The notes under the pieces were generated by a model. That model saw nothing but the letters and a program-made list of their open reading frames with translations. It ran no database searches and was not told the DNA's origin. A stretch of 64,000 bases of DNA from NCBI GenBank assembly GCA_964016885.1, contig OZ024742.1, positions 234,980,001 to 235,044,000 of the forward strand, read 5' to 3'. Source of the DNA: Eledone cirrhosa (taxonomy: Eukaryota). The position numbers were made by a program, and so were the translations under genes. Below are positions 63,235-64,000 of the stretch, one piece after another. Numbering within the stretch: the first letter of the stretch is position 1; each line of letters begins with the position of its first letter.

Positions 63235-63830
63235 ATGGTTCTATAGAAATAGTGGACACCTTCCGTTACCTGGGTGACAAAATCAGCAGCGGGGGAGGGT
63301 GCTCTGAACGTACAGTAGCTAGAGTCAGAACTGGATGGAAAAAGTTCAGAGAGCTTATACCACTATTAGCCGCTAAAGGGTTCTCTCTAAAAATGAAAGG
63401 CAGGCTGTATGATGCCTGCATACGAACAGCAATGTTGCATGGCAGTGAGACCTGGGCATTGTCTGCAGAGGATATACGCAGATTGGAGAGGAACGAAGCT
63501 TGCATGCTCCGCTGGATGTGTAATAGTAATATACGTGAACGGCAAAGCATAAACGAACTAAGGGAAAAATTAGAAATAAGAGGGATCAGATGTTGTTTAC
63601 TCGAGAGAAGGCTACGTTGGTATGGTCACGTGATGCGCATGAAAGACGACAGCTGTATAACAAAGTGCAGGGCAATAAAAATAGATGGTAGCCATGGAGT
63701 AGGCAGACCCAGAAAAACCTGGGACGACTTGATAAATTCCGACCTCACACAGTTACACCTCTCCAACACAATGTCACTGGACCGAGACCTTTGGCGGTAC
63801 TCAGTAATAGAGAAGACCCGCCTTACCTAA
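63235..63830 (+). mobile_element. RTE LINE 3' fragment with an open 192-codon frame
   Basis: DTFRYLGD...MLHGSETW...RRLRWYGHVMRM...GRPRKTW...stop. Confidence 0.92.
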
Positions 63831-64000
63831 ATACAAAGTAAAACCTACTACAGTCAGTAGGCACCTCTAACAAAATACACCCCCGTCCCACTACCCCCAC
63901 CCCATCCACACCACCCCTTTCAATGTAAAGTTATGTTGGTGCCACAACATCCAGTCCGAAATAAATGAGGTCGGGTAGGTGTCACGACAAAAAAACACAC

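Overview
This is AT-rich, repeat-dominated eukaryotic DNA. The SINE, RTE and microsatellite content resembles a cephalopod (Octopus-like) genome, which is an inference. Almost all ORFs in the supplied track are spurious or are transposon fragments. One host gene is visible: four in-phase GT-AG exons (44842-44916, 49564-49686, 51613-51697, 60056-60098, + strand) that splice into the TM2-TM4a region of an SLC1/EAAT-family amino-acid transporter. Its first coding exon and downstream exons were not located. The rest is layered mobile DNA: a Sola2-like transposase relic, at least three Penelope-like element (PLE) relics, many RTE LINE fragments whose RT carries a PHD-like insert, three CRE-type RLE retroelement fragments (one split by a solo LTR), a two-LTR CsRn1-type Gypsy element (tRNA-Trp PBS, 4-bp TSD), a CR1 3' end, three tRNA-derived SINE families, and hAT, piggyBac, pogo, Mutator-like and Helitron-like non-autonomous elements. 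The signals most worth following up are two minimal hammerhead ribozymes (one with a U3-A8 compensatory core), a triplicated 80-bp structured unit at the head of an internally deleted RTE, a SINE whose tail matches the RTE 3' end seen in the same window, several clean template-switch or fold-back rearrangements, a 40-nt U2 snRNA relic, and inverted repeats bracketing the transporter exons. All alignments and counts were done by eye.
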